This document shows, piece by piece, positions 9,701 to 20,400 of a stretch of DNA of 64,000 nucleotides. The stretch's first letter is position 1. Each line of letters begins with the position of its first letter. Location of the stretch: the IMG/VR virus record IMGVR_UViG_3300017750_000004. One strand, given 5' to 3'. The position numbers and the translations under genes were made by a program. Source of the stretch: a virus. The notes under the pieces are model-generated. The model did no database searches. It saw nothing but the letters and a program-made list of their open reading frames with translations, and was not told where the DNA came from.

Positions 9701-12700
9701 TAGTAATTATTCCTATTAAAAAATCTCGAGAATAATCTACACTTAGTTCATCCTTAAAGTGGTTTGAATAAACAGCATCGTTTCCAGTTTTTCCATTTCC
9801 AATAGCAGTAGTTGCGTTAGCGCCTGTATTTACTGCTGAAGACCCAGTAAGAGACTGGCCATTAGAACCAAGTCGTGGTCGCGTTTCAAAGTAGCCATTA
9901 GTTGTTAAACTTCCTGCATCATTATATTGGTTATGCTGTACTGCAACGATTTTAAACTTTGAATGATGAGTTGTCTGATCTGAGTTAAAATCAGAGTTGC
10001 TCATGCCTTCAATGGTTACATAATCTCCTACAACAAAATCATGTCCCGGTGCTATATACTTAACATTTCCGACATTTCCACTTGTTAGAACCTCCGCAGA
10101 AGTTATTGAATGAGTTTTAAAAGTAAATACTCTATCAATATATAGGCATCTATCATCTTCTACATAGGCTACTTTTGCCGCCATGCCATCATTGAATTTT
10201 ATTACATTTGTGGGAGAGTATGCAGTCAAGAAATTACAGGTGGTGCCTGCTCCTGTAACTTTAGGAGACCCGCTTTCTAGTGTGACTTTCCCATTTTGCT
10301 GATCCCATATATCAGGACTACCAGGAAAATGATTAAAAACTTCATTATCGTTATAATGTTTTTGGGTGGCTAAAGATTGATCATACCAATAATCTAGTCC
10401 TAAGGCACTGTCTTGCACATAATTTATTAGTCGAAGATTAGGTGTTGTTTTATAATTACGTAGAAATACATACGCTTCAGTTTTGTCAGTCTGCGCCTCA
10501 CCGAACCAAGTGGAGCCGGTAAAATTTCCTAATATACTATAGTCGAGTCCAGTACCCCCTATATTAAGTTCTTTTCCGGTACCGGTAGAGGAAGTGTCAT
10601 TATTAGAGAGAATATATAAAGGATCTTGTTCAAATCTAAATTTTTGATTTATGGGAGTTGATGTCAGATCATTAGTAACTACCGAGGGTGCGCTAACCTT
10701 TCCCCCTTTTAAAATGTACTTATATCTTTCTGCTGTTCCTCCATATACATCATATACAAAAAAAGTAATTGAAGTAGGTCGAGATTTTTTGCCTGTTGCA
10801 GAATACGCTTGTATAGAAACAGTATATTTTCCATCAGGAACTTTACTAAATTCTTTATAGGTTTCTGCTGTGGTTTCTTCTTCTAATATTCCTGGAATGT
10901 TACAAGAGATAGAATATCCTGATACAGTTTCTGCATACTCCCCCGCAGGGGGCTCCCATTTTATAACTAGCTCTTCTCCCGGGTCTGCAGCTCGAGGAGA
11001 ACGAAATACTCGAAGACCTCTAGGCGCGGGCAAGACGCTATCAGGATCTTCGACTGGGAATAAAGGGTCAGGAACAGCAGTAGTAAAGTTTGTTTCAATT
11101 ATATCAAATTTTGTATCAAAATATTCTACTGCAGTAATTGCATAACTATTGTCATCTTCATGAACAATATTTAAAACTTTATATGTTTTATAAGAAGCTG
11201 TTGTTTCATTCTCATCTTTGAGAGCCCAAATACCCCCTTGAACAACTCTATCTGCCTCTGCTTGGCTTCCAAATACAGGAACACCAGCAGGATTTTGTAT
11301 TGTTAAAACATTTCCGTTAGGATCATTTGCTGTGCAAGTTACATCTTGTATTCTATGTGCGTCTGCGTATTCTAAATGTAAAGGAACTGGCTCGTCTTCG
11401 CCAGCAGGTACATTAGTCGGAGCAGTCCAAGAATCTGCTGTATACTGTTCAAATTGATCATTGCTCCAACCACTAGGTTGATCGACTTCTATTTGAGTAG
11501 TGCCATTCCACCATTTAGTTACAACGTCTCCTTTCTTGAAATTTTTATATGCTGCTGGAGTAGTACTACTATCCCAAATTTTACAGTCTTTTGCTGCAAC
11601 AACTTTTCTTTCTGCTACCAAAAGTGCAAGAGTATAAGTCCCTGCACTTCCTATATTTGTATGGCTTCCCGACTCTGGATCTACAGAAATATCTCGATCA
11701 AGAGTTATAGTGGTATTTCCGGAAGAATAACTTGCATTAGAAATTCTGCCTCCAAAAGCAAAGCCATAGTCATGATTATCTTGAATATTTACAATATCGC
11801 CAGGAGCAATAAAAGCTGCATTTAATGCGCTTTTAAAAGAAACTATTTCTGTTTGATTGAGTGCAGTCCATAGTTTCCACCTCCCATAGCGAATAGCTTG
11901 TCCTTCTGAGGTACAGCCAAATGCTACAGATTCTGATTTTACAATTTGTCCTGTTTTGATGATATTTTCTCTATCTTCTACAAATAGAGGTTCTAATTTA
12001 TAGTCGTTCTCCGGATTATTCCATTGAACTACAACTTGATTTGTTCTTGTTTTAGTACCTGTTTGCTCATAGCTAAAAGCTCCATCTACTACATTGGATC
12101 TATTAAAAGTATATGTAGGAGCTTTTGCTTCGTCAATTACAGGAGTAAGTTGGCCATCCATCCAATAAAGCATACCTCTAAAAATGGTAGCCATATCTTT
12201 TAGTACTTTGTAAACATCGGTAGCTTTTTGAATATATAAGTTTGCCCTAAACCGAGGCTCTACTCCTCCTTTTCCGTCAGAAACAAGCTCATCACAATAC
12301 CGTGCAATCTTATATAAAGAATAAATATCAATATCTGAAGTTTGTACAAATTCTCCAACTCCATATCTATTGTTTGTAAGAATATCGTAAAAAATCCATG
12401 CAGGATTATCTGTCCATACTTTTTCTTCTCGAAATTGACCTGTAAAAAGTCCGCTATATAATCTATGAGGCGAAGGTAGACTTCCAACTTTTTCTAAAGT
12501 TCCTGGAGCAGGAGTTACTACCAATCCAGTTTCTTCTCGTGTGGTATAATTTGACGGCACTTTTACGAGCATGCCAAAACAGTCATACATTCGAGTAGGA
12601 ACACTATCAAACTGTCTGCTACTAAAAGTTACATTTGCTAAAGCCGTATAAGGAAAATTAAGTTTTTCTTTTATGATTCCAAAAGCACCACTAATTCCAC

Positions 12701-14321
12701 CTGCTTGAATAGCCTGCCACTTATCTACGTCTGAGCCTCTATATCCTAGCTTTGTTCTTGAGTCTCGATTTCCCCAAGTATGTGCACGACCAAAAGCATC
12801 GTCTGTAGTATTTTGACTCGCTGTAATTCTGCAAACTTTTAGTCTAAAACCGCTAAAAGGCTGAAAGGGCTCTAAATTTATTGTATGTGTAAAACTTACA
12901 GGGCCAACATGTTTTCCTCCATGTCCAAAAATAGGAGTACCTTCTAGTAACAAATTTGTATTTGGTCCTGATGGGCCATCAAATTTTACTCCTGAACTTG
13001 AATTTTCAGGCCCTCCTAAAGTCACAGGAGAGCCTGAGTCTCCTCCGCTAACCCCATCATACCCATTTATTAATTGATTTGCTAAACTATACTCTCCTGT
13101 GGTCATTGTCATATTGCCATCAAGGAATCCTTGATCGTCCCAAGAAATAACCCCCTGAGCATTAACAGAGCCCTGAGTTTCTAGTTTAATTACATATCCT
13201 GCGCCTGCATTTTCTTTATCTCCGCTTTCAGTATTTATTGTGTATAATCCGCTATTATACCTAAAGAGAAGCTGTATTTCGTCGATTTCTCCCGCTTGAG
13301 CTCCGGTATGTGTTATAGTTTGCACTACTCCTAGTTCTAGCGATGGCAGTCCTGGAAGCGCTACAGTACTTGACCCCGGGCTATCCGCTAGAGTTTTTAA
13401 AGGCTGTTGGTCTTTTGTTCCGGGAACAAATTGAAAGGTAGAGGATCGTACTTTACGATTATAAGAATTTGCAGAGGAACCATCTTTATACTGAGGCTTA
13501 GTAAAACTAAATCGACATTTTTCAAAAATTCCAATTTGTCCTGTTAAAGTAATCTCATTCCCATTAATTGAACTAATTTTAACAAAAACAGAAAGACTTA
13601 TTATTATTTTATTGTTTCCATTTGCATCTGTTTCGTTAAGCCATTGATGGTTGTCTAAATTTGGAAGCAATACTTTAACAGTTAATTGATCTTTATTACC
13701 ATTAATATTAGTAGCATATCCAGTTAATTTTCTGTCTGAAGAAGGATCTTTAATTGTTACAAGACCATCATTATTCTGAATATTTTGTAATGTAAAATGA
13801 TGTTTGTCTACTATAGCTCCGTCAGGAAATAAAGAAAAATCCCCGTCAATTATTATATTAAATCCTGCAGGTTGCTGCCATGCTTGGTGGCCTCCTACAG
13901 CAGCACTGCTTGAGTTAATACTAAATGTGCTATTTGTGGCCCCGACTCCGGTGACTCCATCACCAAACTCTCGAAAATTATGAATGCAAATAAATCTTGT
14001 TAAAGTATTTAACTCGTCTTGCGAAGGGCTCCAGTTAAAACTTTGTTTCTCAAAATCATTTATAACTATATTAGGCCCAGATCCAGAAGCATGGTCAGAA
14101 CTAGCGGTAAGTCCTACGGTTGACGCAAATACAGTTTCTTCATCAGTAAATAGAGAGTCATTATTTAAGTAAATACTCCCCCCTCCCTTTGCAAGTCCTG
14201 CAATGGGCCCTTCTGAAATTATATCCGTAATACCAATTACTTGCTCAGTACTGGAAGCTCCTTCTATACTACCTTGAGCTACCCAGTTAGGGCCCTTCCA
14301 ATCTATTGAAGGCATTACCAT
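6783..14321 (-). CDS. Central tail fibre / tail tip protein (lambda J-like) with C-terminal collagen-like region
   Basis: J-family motifs WTDNPAWIFYDILTNNRYGVG and YCDELVSDGKGGVEPRF, FN3-like segments; follows I/K/L/M genes; 2512 aa. Confidence 0.88.
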   Translation of the reverse strand: MVMPSIDWKGPNWVAQGSIEGASSTEQVIGITDIISEGPIAGLAKGGGSIYLNNDSLFTDEETVFASTVGLTASSDHASGSGPNIVINDFEKQSFNWSPSQDELNTLTRFICIHNFREFGDGVTGVGATNSTFSINSSSAAVGGHQAWQQPAGFNIIIDGDFSLFPDGAIVDKHHFTLQNIQNNDGLVTIKDPSSDRKLTGYATNINGNKDQLTVKVLLPNLDNHQWLNETDANGNNKIIISLSVFVKISSINGNEITLTGQIGIFEKCRFSFTKPQYKDGSSANSYNRKVRSSTFQFVPGTKDQQPLKTLADSPGSSTVALPGLPSLELGVVQTITHTGAQAGEIDEIQLLFRYNSGLYTINTESGDKENAGAGYVIKLETQGSVNAQGVISWDDQGFLDGNMTMTTGEYSLANQLINGYDGVSGGDSGSPVTLGGPENSSSGVKFDGPSGPNTNLLLEGTPIFGHGGKHVGPVSFTHTINLEPFQPFSGFRLKVCRITASQNTTDDAFGRAHTWGNRDSRTKLGYRGSDVDKWQAIQAGGISGAFGIIKEKLNFPYTALANVTFSSRQFDSVPTRMYDCFGMLVKVPSNYTTREETGLVVTPAPGTLEKVGSLPSPHRLYSGLFTGQFREEKVWTDNPAWIFYDILTNNRYGVGEFVQTSDIDIYSLYKIARYCDELVSDGKGGVEPRFRANLYIQKATDVYKVLKDMATIFRGMLYWMDGQLTPVIDEAKAPTYTFNRSNVVDGAFSYEQTGTKTRTNQVVVQWNNPENDYKLEPLFVEDRENIIKTGQIVKSESVAFGCTSEGQAIRYGRWKLWTALNQTEIVSFKSALNAAFIAPGDIVNIQDNHDYGFAFGGRISNASYSSGNTTITLDRDISVDPESGSHTNIGSAGTYTLALLVAERKVVAAKDCKIWDSSTTPAAYKNFKKGDVVTKWWNGTTQIEVDQPSGWSNDQFEQYTADSWTAPTNVPAGEDEPVPLHLEYADAHRIQDVTCTANDPNGNVLTIQNPAGVPVFGSQAEADRVVQGGIWALKDENETTASYKTYKVLNIVHEDDNSYAITAVEYFDTKFDIIETNFTTAVPDPLFPVEDPDSVLPAPRGLRVFRSPRAADPGEELVIKWEPPAGEYAETVSGYSISCNIPGILEEETTAETYKEFSKVPDGKYTVSIQAYSATGKKSRPTSITFFVYDVYGGTAERYKYILKGGKVSAPSVVTNDLTSTPINQKFRFEQDPLYILSNNDTSSTGTGKELNIGGTGLDYSILGNFTGSTWFGEAQTDKTEAYVFLRNYKTTPNLRLINYVQDSALGLDYWYDQSLATQKHYNDNEVFNHFPGSPDIWDQQNGKVTLESGSPKVTGAGTTCNFLTAYSPTNVIKFNDGMAAKVAYVEDDRCLYIDRVFTFKTHSITSAEVLTSGNVGNVKYIAPGHDFVVGDYVTIEGMSNSDFNSDQTTHHSKFKIVAVQHNQYNDAGSLTTNGYFETRPRLGSNGQSLTGSSAVNTGANATTAIGNGKTGNDAVYSNHFKDELSVDYSRDFLIGIITNTGSFTNYCTLDPDIGRPRAVVLDSNFSTLNYNTVGASGGTITNELQSPYTDLTLTGVAIGFEAPQFKVTGNFLPNSTYSEDTAFADVTNFATGQFTKQIAGASSDSDEVPAFSSLPLEFSVIVREKFDPDNAAKQVTQTIKIFGVKDGASGTEGRTVSILGDDSSVRYDSSNANPDPSSIVFTATAFNFPAPTTDDDGAYIRFKDHNGNILQDWTAINTDGVATYTLNSSSSIVINGTATNLGYGDGRPSGTDFRPKYVEAEASLDINPRVVSATDSTPILYITDNSTGLNVNFPNNTYPIDSASDGTISTSTLSGSGGTMEVFIGNQVGKYVGTNDGTANKNNSAINLNPGEWYISNVQSSDSDLTAGNISYGGGTNGNQIITIADASFNTGGNGLNNSETITWTITGADSASTTLTTNVQQSLFKNKPGINATPASPGEDAYNVAGTNSSHLFIANENGIVSSNNNNFSTGFSVTKGGTSYTYATTGGANDTKFSITLTNPVNCVGSVSSTGIVTISSTSSTILTSASVTTASLTVEIRDLGDNDSLIETHILRFSKVKQSVRDGATFTFGSVGTTTASAWAGTLTASAAQAAAGLVIGSSTDGHISPNDRVTLSSPPYAATRVYTGSRTNNSGTNGPVSASSFSSVVTEFIDGSAIVTGTLSANTLAANTTISNAIRAGERITVGTSSSPASGKINSINKTSFSDNDAGFYMDGSGDFVVGNSTNYFKFDASAGTISLVAPSIQLTGPPGNDGTDGTDGNDGNDGNDGNDGNDGQDGNDGQNGQDGQNGQDGQDGQDGQDGQDGATGPAGQDGVPGSPGTPGAMGPPGQSGPPGSTGPQGPPGSAGTQGADGAGGFLYIVQSNSSTPASSTIPTGTYVDGAVAIVQNNNNEQRAFRFNGSSSQWIGQSLINADVLFANAIGATQLQISADNSNTASSIFMDGSSGPSGTGPRILIRDSSRIRVILGRL
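7128..7451 (-). repeat. Collagen-like (Gly-X-Y)36 coding repeat containing a 9-bp tandem array
   Basis: Units such as CCATCCTGA and CCATCGTTA in tandem encode GQD/GND/GTD, followed by GVP GSP GTP GPP triplets. Confidence 0.95.
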
Positions 14322-14322
14322 T

Positions 14323-15081
14323 TTATGTCTCCGAAAATCTTACAAAATTAAAGTCTTTAGAAGTTTTTAGAACGCTATATGTAGCGCCACCGACACTTTC
14401 TCCGTCCGCTCCCATTATTCCGTATCCTTGAGTCGCTGACTCTCCAATTATTTCAAAACTTATTGGCTGTCCGGGTACTTTTAGTCTACCATAAAGCACT
14501 GGGACAGGATCTCCAGATTGAATATTTTGTTGTGCCCCATTAAAAAGGTAGGCTTCATCGTTTGATTGTGTATCTACAGAGGGGTCTGGTGCCATCATTT
14601 CTTGTACACCCGCTATTGCTAGATTAGCTGCAAAACCAATTGCCATCATTGTATAAGTGCCACCTAATGCCATGCCCAAACTTGCTACAGCTGCAAAATT
14701 TCCTGCTGCTGTTGCAGAGATTGCTGCACTAAGCCCTGCAGTACCTCCATAGTATAAATAAGGAGCATAAATAGCAATAGCTACAATAGCAATAGCGGCT
14801 AAAATTTTTCCTACACCTTTAGAGCCTGCTGGGACAGGAGTTATAATTATATCTCCTTCTTTTATATCCATCAATAATTCTTCAGCGTACTCTAGCTCTA
14901 CTCCTGCTACTTCTATATGGTATCCTACACCTTCATCTGCTTTTTGCATAAAGTAGTCTGTAAAATCAGGATAATTTGCTTTTAAGCACTTGAATACGTC
15001 CGCAGGAGTATCACAGTCAATTTCAAAGTGAGGTACAAACTTATCCCCGAGTTCTCCGTGTAAGTAAGCGTTACGCAACAT
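14323..15081 (-). CDS. Tail assembly protein I (lambda gpI-like)
   Basis: N-terminal LHGELG...TPADVFKCL, ITPVPAGSKG, Gly/Ala-rich middle, and YLFNGAQQNIQSGDPVPVLYG. Confidence 0.88.
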   Translation of the reverse strand: MLRNAYLHGELGDKFVPHFEIDCDTPADVFKCLKANYPDFTDYFMQKADEGVGYHIEVAGVELEYAEELLMDIKEGDIIITPVPAGSKGVGKILAAIAIVAIAIYAPYLYYGGTAGLSAAISATAAGNFAAVASLGMALGGTYTMMAIGFAANLAIAGVQEMMAPDPSVDTQSNDEAYLFNGAQQNIQSGDPVPVLYGRLKVPGQPISFEIIGESATQGYGIMGADGESVGGATYSVLKTSKDFNFVRFSET

Positions 15082-15775
15082 ATCTATATGCTCTGTCTAT
15101 ATACTTTATCCAGAAAGGATATAAATTTTCTCTGCAGGAGAGTCGTCCTACTGCATGGTGATAAAAAGATTCTGCCCCTAAATATACTCCGCAATGATTT
15201 GCAACATTTGATTGCACACAGAACGTAAGAACATCATTTTTTTGTAGTTCGTCTAAAGAAATTTCTTGTCCTCCCCATTCTTTTATTACATCAGGACAAA
15301 AGTAATCTAAATCTTTATTAAACCAATTATCTTCAAAAGGAATTCTAGCAGGAATTTCTATATTTTGTGTTTTTAAATAATCCCTCATTGCTTCAAAACA
15401 ATCTGCAACTCCAAAAGAATACTCCCTACCATATAGCTCTGTTACATTCTTTTCGGGGGTAAGAACATTAAGATCCATTTCTGGGTAAGAAAATATATAG
15501 TAAGGTACTCCTAGCGCATTGCAGTTTTTAATATCAAAATCACTTGGCTCTGGACTCGCATCTGGGTGATTATGTACAATTCCTATAATATCGGAAGTTA
15601 AAGAAATTTTAAGATACTCTTTTGAGTCAAATAAAAAATCATCATCGTCTTCAGCTATATTTGTACAAGGAATCCATTTAGCTTTTCCTTTTTGTACTGC
15701 TAAAACTCCACAAGCTTCTTTTGGGTATTCTCTAAAAAAATGAGATTCTATTTCATGTATAAAGTCTTGAATCAT
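15071..15775 (-). CDS. Tail assembly protein K (JAB/MPN plus NlpC/P60)
   Basis: YPKEACG, VHNHP...PS..D JAB motif; YSFGVADCF and NHCGVY..FYHH NlpC/P60 motifs. Confidence 0.9.
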   Translation of the reverse strand: MIQDFIHEIESHFFREYPKEACGVLAVQKGKAKWIPCTNIAEDDDDFLFDSKEYLKISLTSDIIGIVHNHPDASPEPSDFDIKNCNALGVPYYIFSYPEMDLNVLTPEKNVTELYGREYSFGVADCFEAMRDYLKTQNIEIPARIPFEDNWFNKDLDYFCPDVIKEWGGQEISLDELQKNDVLTFCVQSNVANHCGVYLGAESFYHHAVGRLSCRENLYPFWIKYIDRAYRYVA

Positions 15776-16995
15776 CTAAAGCTTCGAGTTCCAGGGAACC
15801 CTCCAAAAGGTAAAGTTATTGCTGTATTAAATTTTGCTGTAGCCATTCCGTGTTTTATACCTGGGCTCGTTCCTATAGTAGTAAACGCTAGAATACTAGC
15901 TCCGTTGTTACCTCCTCCACTAGAAATATTTGTAGCTTGGTAACGAGCTTTACAAGAAGACAATAGCTTTCCACAAACATCTGCTTGTACCCAGAACCCG
16001 GGATTTTGTGAAGGTTGTTTATTAGTGTGATCTCTTACACATCGAAAAACAACAGGAACATTATTATTTATTAATTCTACTGCATAATCACTTTTTCTTC
16101 CATCTGTAGAATTTGTCTCATAAGGAGTTGCAACATTATACGTTCTATATGTTCTTACAACTCTCCAGTGAGCGCTGTTGTCACTCGGCGTATTACCTAC
16201 ATTGTCATCAGAAAAAGACTGCCATTTAAGATTATCATGAGTAATAACTGAATCTAGTGAGTATGTGGTGTTTGCATTCCAAGCAGACAAATTTGTAGAA
16301 GATATTACATTTTCATGCACCAAAGGTTCGTCGTCTATTGTAAAAAATAAGTGTATATCTGTTACTTCATTCCCATTTACATCTAATCCACTTACTTTCG
16401 TACTCCAGTGGCATGCACTTCTTACATCAGTATTCCCAAGAGTCCATCCTTTATACACCCAAGGGCAATATTTTCCAGTTACAACTCTACTAGGAACTTT
16501 AACATTTACTAATTCAAATGGGCTTGCTAGTTCTAATGTCAAAGAAAGCGCAGTCTTTTGTGCAATTCTATCAATTACATATTCGGCTTTTGGAAATTCA
16601 AAAGGACTTTGATTCGTATTTGTTCCTTGGCTAACATATTTAGAAAGTGTTTTTCTAATTGTTATTCTTTTACCTAATAAATCTTCTGCGAGAAAAGAAT
16701 TTTGATTTGCTACTCCATCTGTATCAAATTTTGAACCTGACTTAAATAAACTTTCAACATTTGGCATTATTAATGTGGGCCTAGCAGAGGCTCCATCTGC
16801 GTGTTTTTCAATGCCCTCTACGATCATAGGAAAAGCTTCATATGCATTAGTATTCCAATAAATATCTTCATGCGTATTTTCTGCATGAAAATATAAAACA
16901 GTACCAAATCCAGAAAACTCAAATAAACTTACAATAGCCTCGTCAGAGGCAAGTTGTAATGCTTGTGCTTCTTTTGCAATTATATTCTGGCTCAT
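15772..16995 (-). CDS. Minor tail protein L (Fe-S-binding gpL-like)
   Basis: ELASPFEL..VKVPSRVV, four Cys (YCPW, SACH, DVCG, SSCK), C-terminal PFGGFPG. Confidence 0.88.
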   Translation of the reverse strand: MSQNIIAKEAQALQLASDEAIVSLFEFSGFGTVLYFHAENTHEDIYWNTNAYEAFPMIVEGIEKHADGASARPTLIMPNVESLFKSGSKFDTDGVANQNSFLAEDLLGKRITIRKTLSKYVSQGTNTNQSPFEFPKAEYVIDRIAQKTALSLTLELASPFELVNVKVPSRVVTGKYCPWVYKGWTLGNTDVRSACHWSTKVSGLDVNGNEVTDIHLFFTIDDEPLVHENVISSTNLSAWNANTTYSLDSVITHDNLKWQSFSDDNVGNTPSDNSAHWRVVRTYRTYNVATPYETNSTDGRKSDYAVELINNNVPVVFRCVRDHTNKQPSQNPGFWVQADVCGKLLSSCKARYQATNISSGGGNNGASILAFTTIGTSPGIKHGMATAKFNTAITLPFGGFPGTRSFR

Positions 16996-17483
16996 GCTTC
17001 ATATACTCTTGAGAGGTCTGCACTAATTGACTGTACATCATCGTGGCCAACCATTACAGAATAGGTGTCAAGTACAACTTTAAAGTTTTCTCTTTCCATA
17101 TTTATTTGAAAGCTTTGAGGATGAATTACATCAAAAAATGAAGAAATTAATGCAATTTCTTGCCAAATTCTATTTGATAAAGTTACGCTAAACTTATCAA
17201 CTTTTGTGTTTATACCGTCTCTAACTCTTTGCTGATAGCCATCTCCAAAACTTGCAGTAAGAACTCTATGAGTTGATTCTCTTGAAAATCCTCTGTCAAA
17301 AGTTATTTCTCGACTAGAGATACCGCTGGGATATAGCTTTTCCAGTATAGTATGATACCCTTCGGAATCCGGGGTACTCGTATCCAGCTGAGGGTATTTT
17401 GCTGTCAAGTCTGTAAGAAGTCTTCCTGGAATCCCTACAGTTCCTTGAGGCTTATCTATGTTAAATCCAAATGCTCTTGACAT
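16992..17483 (-). CDS. Minor tail protein M (distal tail protein)
   Basis: VLTASFGDGYQQRVRDGIN motif of gpM-like proteins; follows the tape measure gene. Confidence 0.85.
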   Translation of the reverse strand: MSRAFGFNIDKPQGTVGIPGRLLTDLTAKYPQLDTSTPDSEGYHTILEKLYPSGISSREITFDRGFSRESTHRVLTASFGDGYQQRVRDGINTKVDKFSVTLSNRIWQEIALISSFFDVIHPQSFQINMERENFKVVLDTYSVMVGHDDVQSISADLSRVYEA

Positions 17484-20400
17484 TATGCTACTCCGTACGG
17501 ATTAAGTATTCCGCCCGATCTTTTTTGATTTTGTAATTCTTTTTGTACTGCGGCTGCGACGAGATTACCAACATTAGCCCCCTCTTGAGAACTAGCTGAA
17601 GTACTAGATTGAGCATTTCCTTGATTATCAATACTTACATTTACAGTAACATTATTTTGTTGTCCACCGCCGCCCTGCATAGCAACCGGTATAGTTTTTC
17701 CATCAGGCAAAGGAACTACAGCTTCATTTCCATGCAGCATCGCAGGGTATCCGCTTCGCGGTCCTTTTGCTATTCCTCCTGCAGAATATCCGCTAATCTT
17801 TTTCGTGTATCCTCCATCTGCAAAACCTAATAGTCCGCCCAGGGCTCCTCCTACTGCACCCCCAATAGGGCCAAACATACTACCAATTGCGGAGCCGAGC
17901 ATGCCACCGAAGCCGCCTCCTCCTCCTCCTGTAAGAGCTCCAAAGATATTTGAAAACATATTTGGTAAAGAGTCAAATAAAGACGAGAATAAACCTCCTC
18001 CGCTTTCAAATGCAATACCTAATTTTTCCATAAATCCGCCCTCAGCATTCTTATCAAATATATCTCCAAAAGAGCCAAGAAAATTATTAAACGAACCTTT
18101 CAATCCTTTTATAGCAGGAGCTCTTACAACTACTTCTTCCATTGGGCCTGCAGGATCAGATGCCTTTACAATTTGAGCACCTCCTCCAGAGCTTTCAGTT
18201 GTTACAGCACCGGGGCCTTGAGCGCCAACACCTCCTCCTAAAGCTTCATTTACTGCTTGGCTTGGATTTTCTGCTATAGAAGTAGGATCGGGAGGAGGCG
18301 GAGTAGACTCATCACCGCAGCACTTTAAATGTATTCCACTATTTAATGCTTCTATTATAGCAGTTTTAAGCTGAGTTGCCCCTGTAGAGAAAGTAGTTTT
18401 CATATTATTGTTCGCAGTATTTAGTGCCTGCTTTTGATTACTAGTAGCTGTAGAACTGGCTGTGCTAATAGCACTTGCAATTGCTGTAGCTCCATTTGTA
18501 TGAGCGGCTGCAACGGCAGTTGGGCCATTCTTATCTTCCCCAAGCAATCCATCAATTAATGGATCTACTATCATTCTCTGTGTAATTTCTTTTTGAATTG
18601 TTTGCAACATAGACTTTGCTGCATCTTTAAGAGCTTCTCCAACAGTTTTTGTGCCGTCTGCCAAAGCAGTGAAAGCTCCATTTATGCCGTCAGTAAGTCC
18701 GGTTCTAAATGCGTCCGCAGATGCTTCCATTACTTGTTGTATTGGGTCTAATGCTTTTAGGGTTAGTTCTGCATCTGTTATTGCATTTTGTAAATTAGTT
18801 TGTTCTGCTGCAGTTTTTGCTTCGACTAAGTCTCTTTTAAAATCTAGTGAAATGTTTGCGGCTGATGCTCTAGTTTTTCCTATTTGATCACTTACTCTTC
18901 CTAGCAAATCGTCATACTTACCATTTTCATTCGCAAATTCTATTTGAGCAGCTAATAGCTCTAGCTGAAGCGCTACTCCTTCTCGTTGCATCTTTAACAT
19001 TTCTTCTTCTAGATCAATGGCAGCAAGCTGTGCGTTTTTTTCTTGATCAAGAATTTTTCCTTTTTCTACTGCCATTTTTTGTGCAAATGCAAGATTTTTT
19101 TCTGCTAAAAATCTTTCTTCGTTAAAGAAGGGATTTTCTTGCTTTTTTATTCTTGCTTCTAATTCAAAAGATTTCTTTTCTTGATCTAGTACGAGATCTA
19201 AGATTTGCGATCGCGCTTTTATTTCATCTTGAAGCTGCTTATTAATTTGTTGTTGTGCACTGACTAATGCTGTATCAGCAGACAGTGCAAACTGCTTTTC
19301 TTGAATAGGCAAGAGTGCTCGTTGTAAAGCAGCGTTATCTTGTTCAATTTTTAATTGAGTGTTTGCTTCTGAAGTTGCAAGTTTATCTAACTCTAACTGT
19401 CGTTGTAATCTTGGTATTGATTGCTGTGCTAAATCGTTCTCGGTATCTGCTACGGCTCGGTTTAAGGCTTCTTGTGTTACTCTCTGTGAAGCAAGTATTT
19501 TGTCTCTTTTTACTTCTGATGCCAGTACGCCTGCAGTAACATTGTTTAGCTTACCTTGTAAAGTTAAACCTGCATTTCTTAACGAATTCGATTTTAATTG
19601 TTTTGTATTTGCCTTATCAAATGCTTCTTTCTCAGTTGCAATAGATTCTTGAATTAATGTATTAAACGCTTGTATTTCGTCATTCCTGGCTTGTTGCGCC
19701 TCTAAACGTCTGCCATCTTTTTTAATTGCAGCTTCGAGAGCTGCAATTTCTGTCTGTAAAGCCGCAGAGGCAGCTTTAGCGCCCCTACGCTGCTGCTGGC
19801 CCCTTCTTCCTACTTGTCCTGCTTTCGCTTTTTTCTGCAAAACAGCTAATCTTTCTCGGTCTGCAGTTAGTAGTTCTTTTTCTATCCCGAGGGCTGCTTC
19901 TGCACCTGCTACAATGGCTGCACTTTTTTCTGCTTGAGCTTGTGTAGCTCTTCCAAGAGCAGATATTGAAGTTACCTCTTGAGTAGCTTCTGCAAGTTTA
20001 GTGATTTCTCGTGTTACCGCTTCTGTTGCTGCTGGAAGTGTTTTTACTGCTTGACCTGACTCAATTAACTTTTCGGTATAATTTTTTAGTTTTTTACCTG
20101 CCTCTTCTTGAGTGTCCCCTCCTTCTGCATATGCTTTTGATAATCTTCCCAACTCAGGAGATAGTTCAGATATTTCACTTAGCAAAGAGTTAAATGCTTC
20201 TGTTGTTGCTGCCGTATTTGCATCGGTACCTTTACTGGCAGCCTCTAGCATTGTGAAATCGTCTATCAAAGCTTTTAAGTCTGCAGAATTTGCAGCATTA
20301 CCTAATATTACAACTTTATCTATTAAATTGACTTTGTCAGAACGCAGAGCATCCCCCATACGATCAATTTCAGACGCTAAAGTTTCAAACTTATCTGTTG

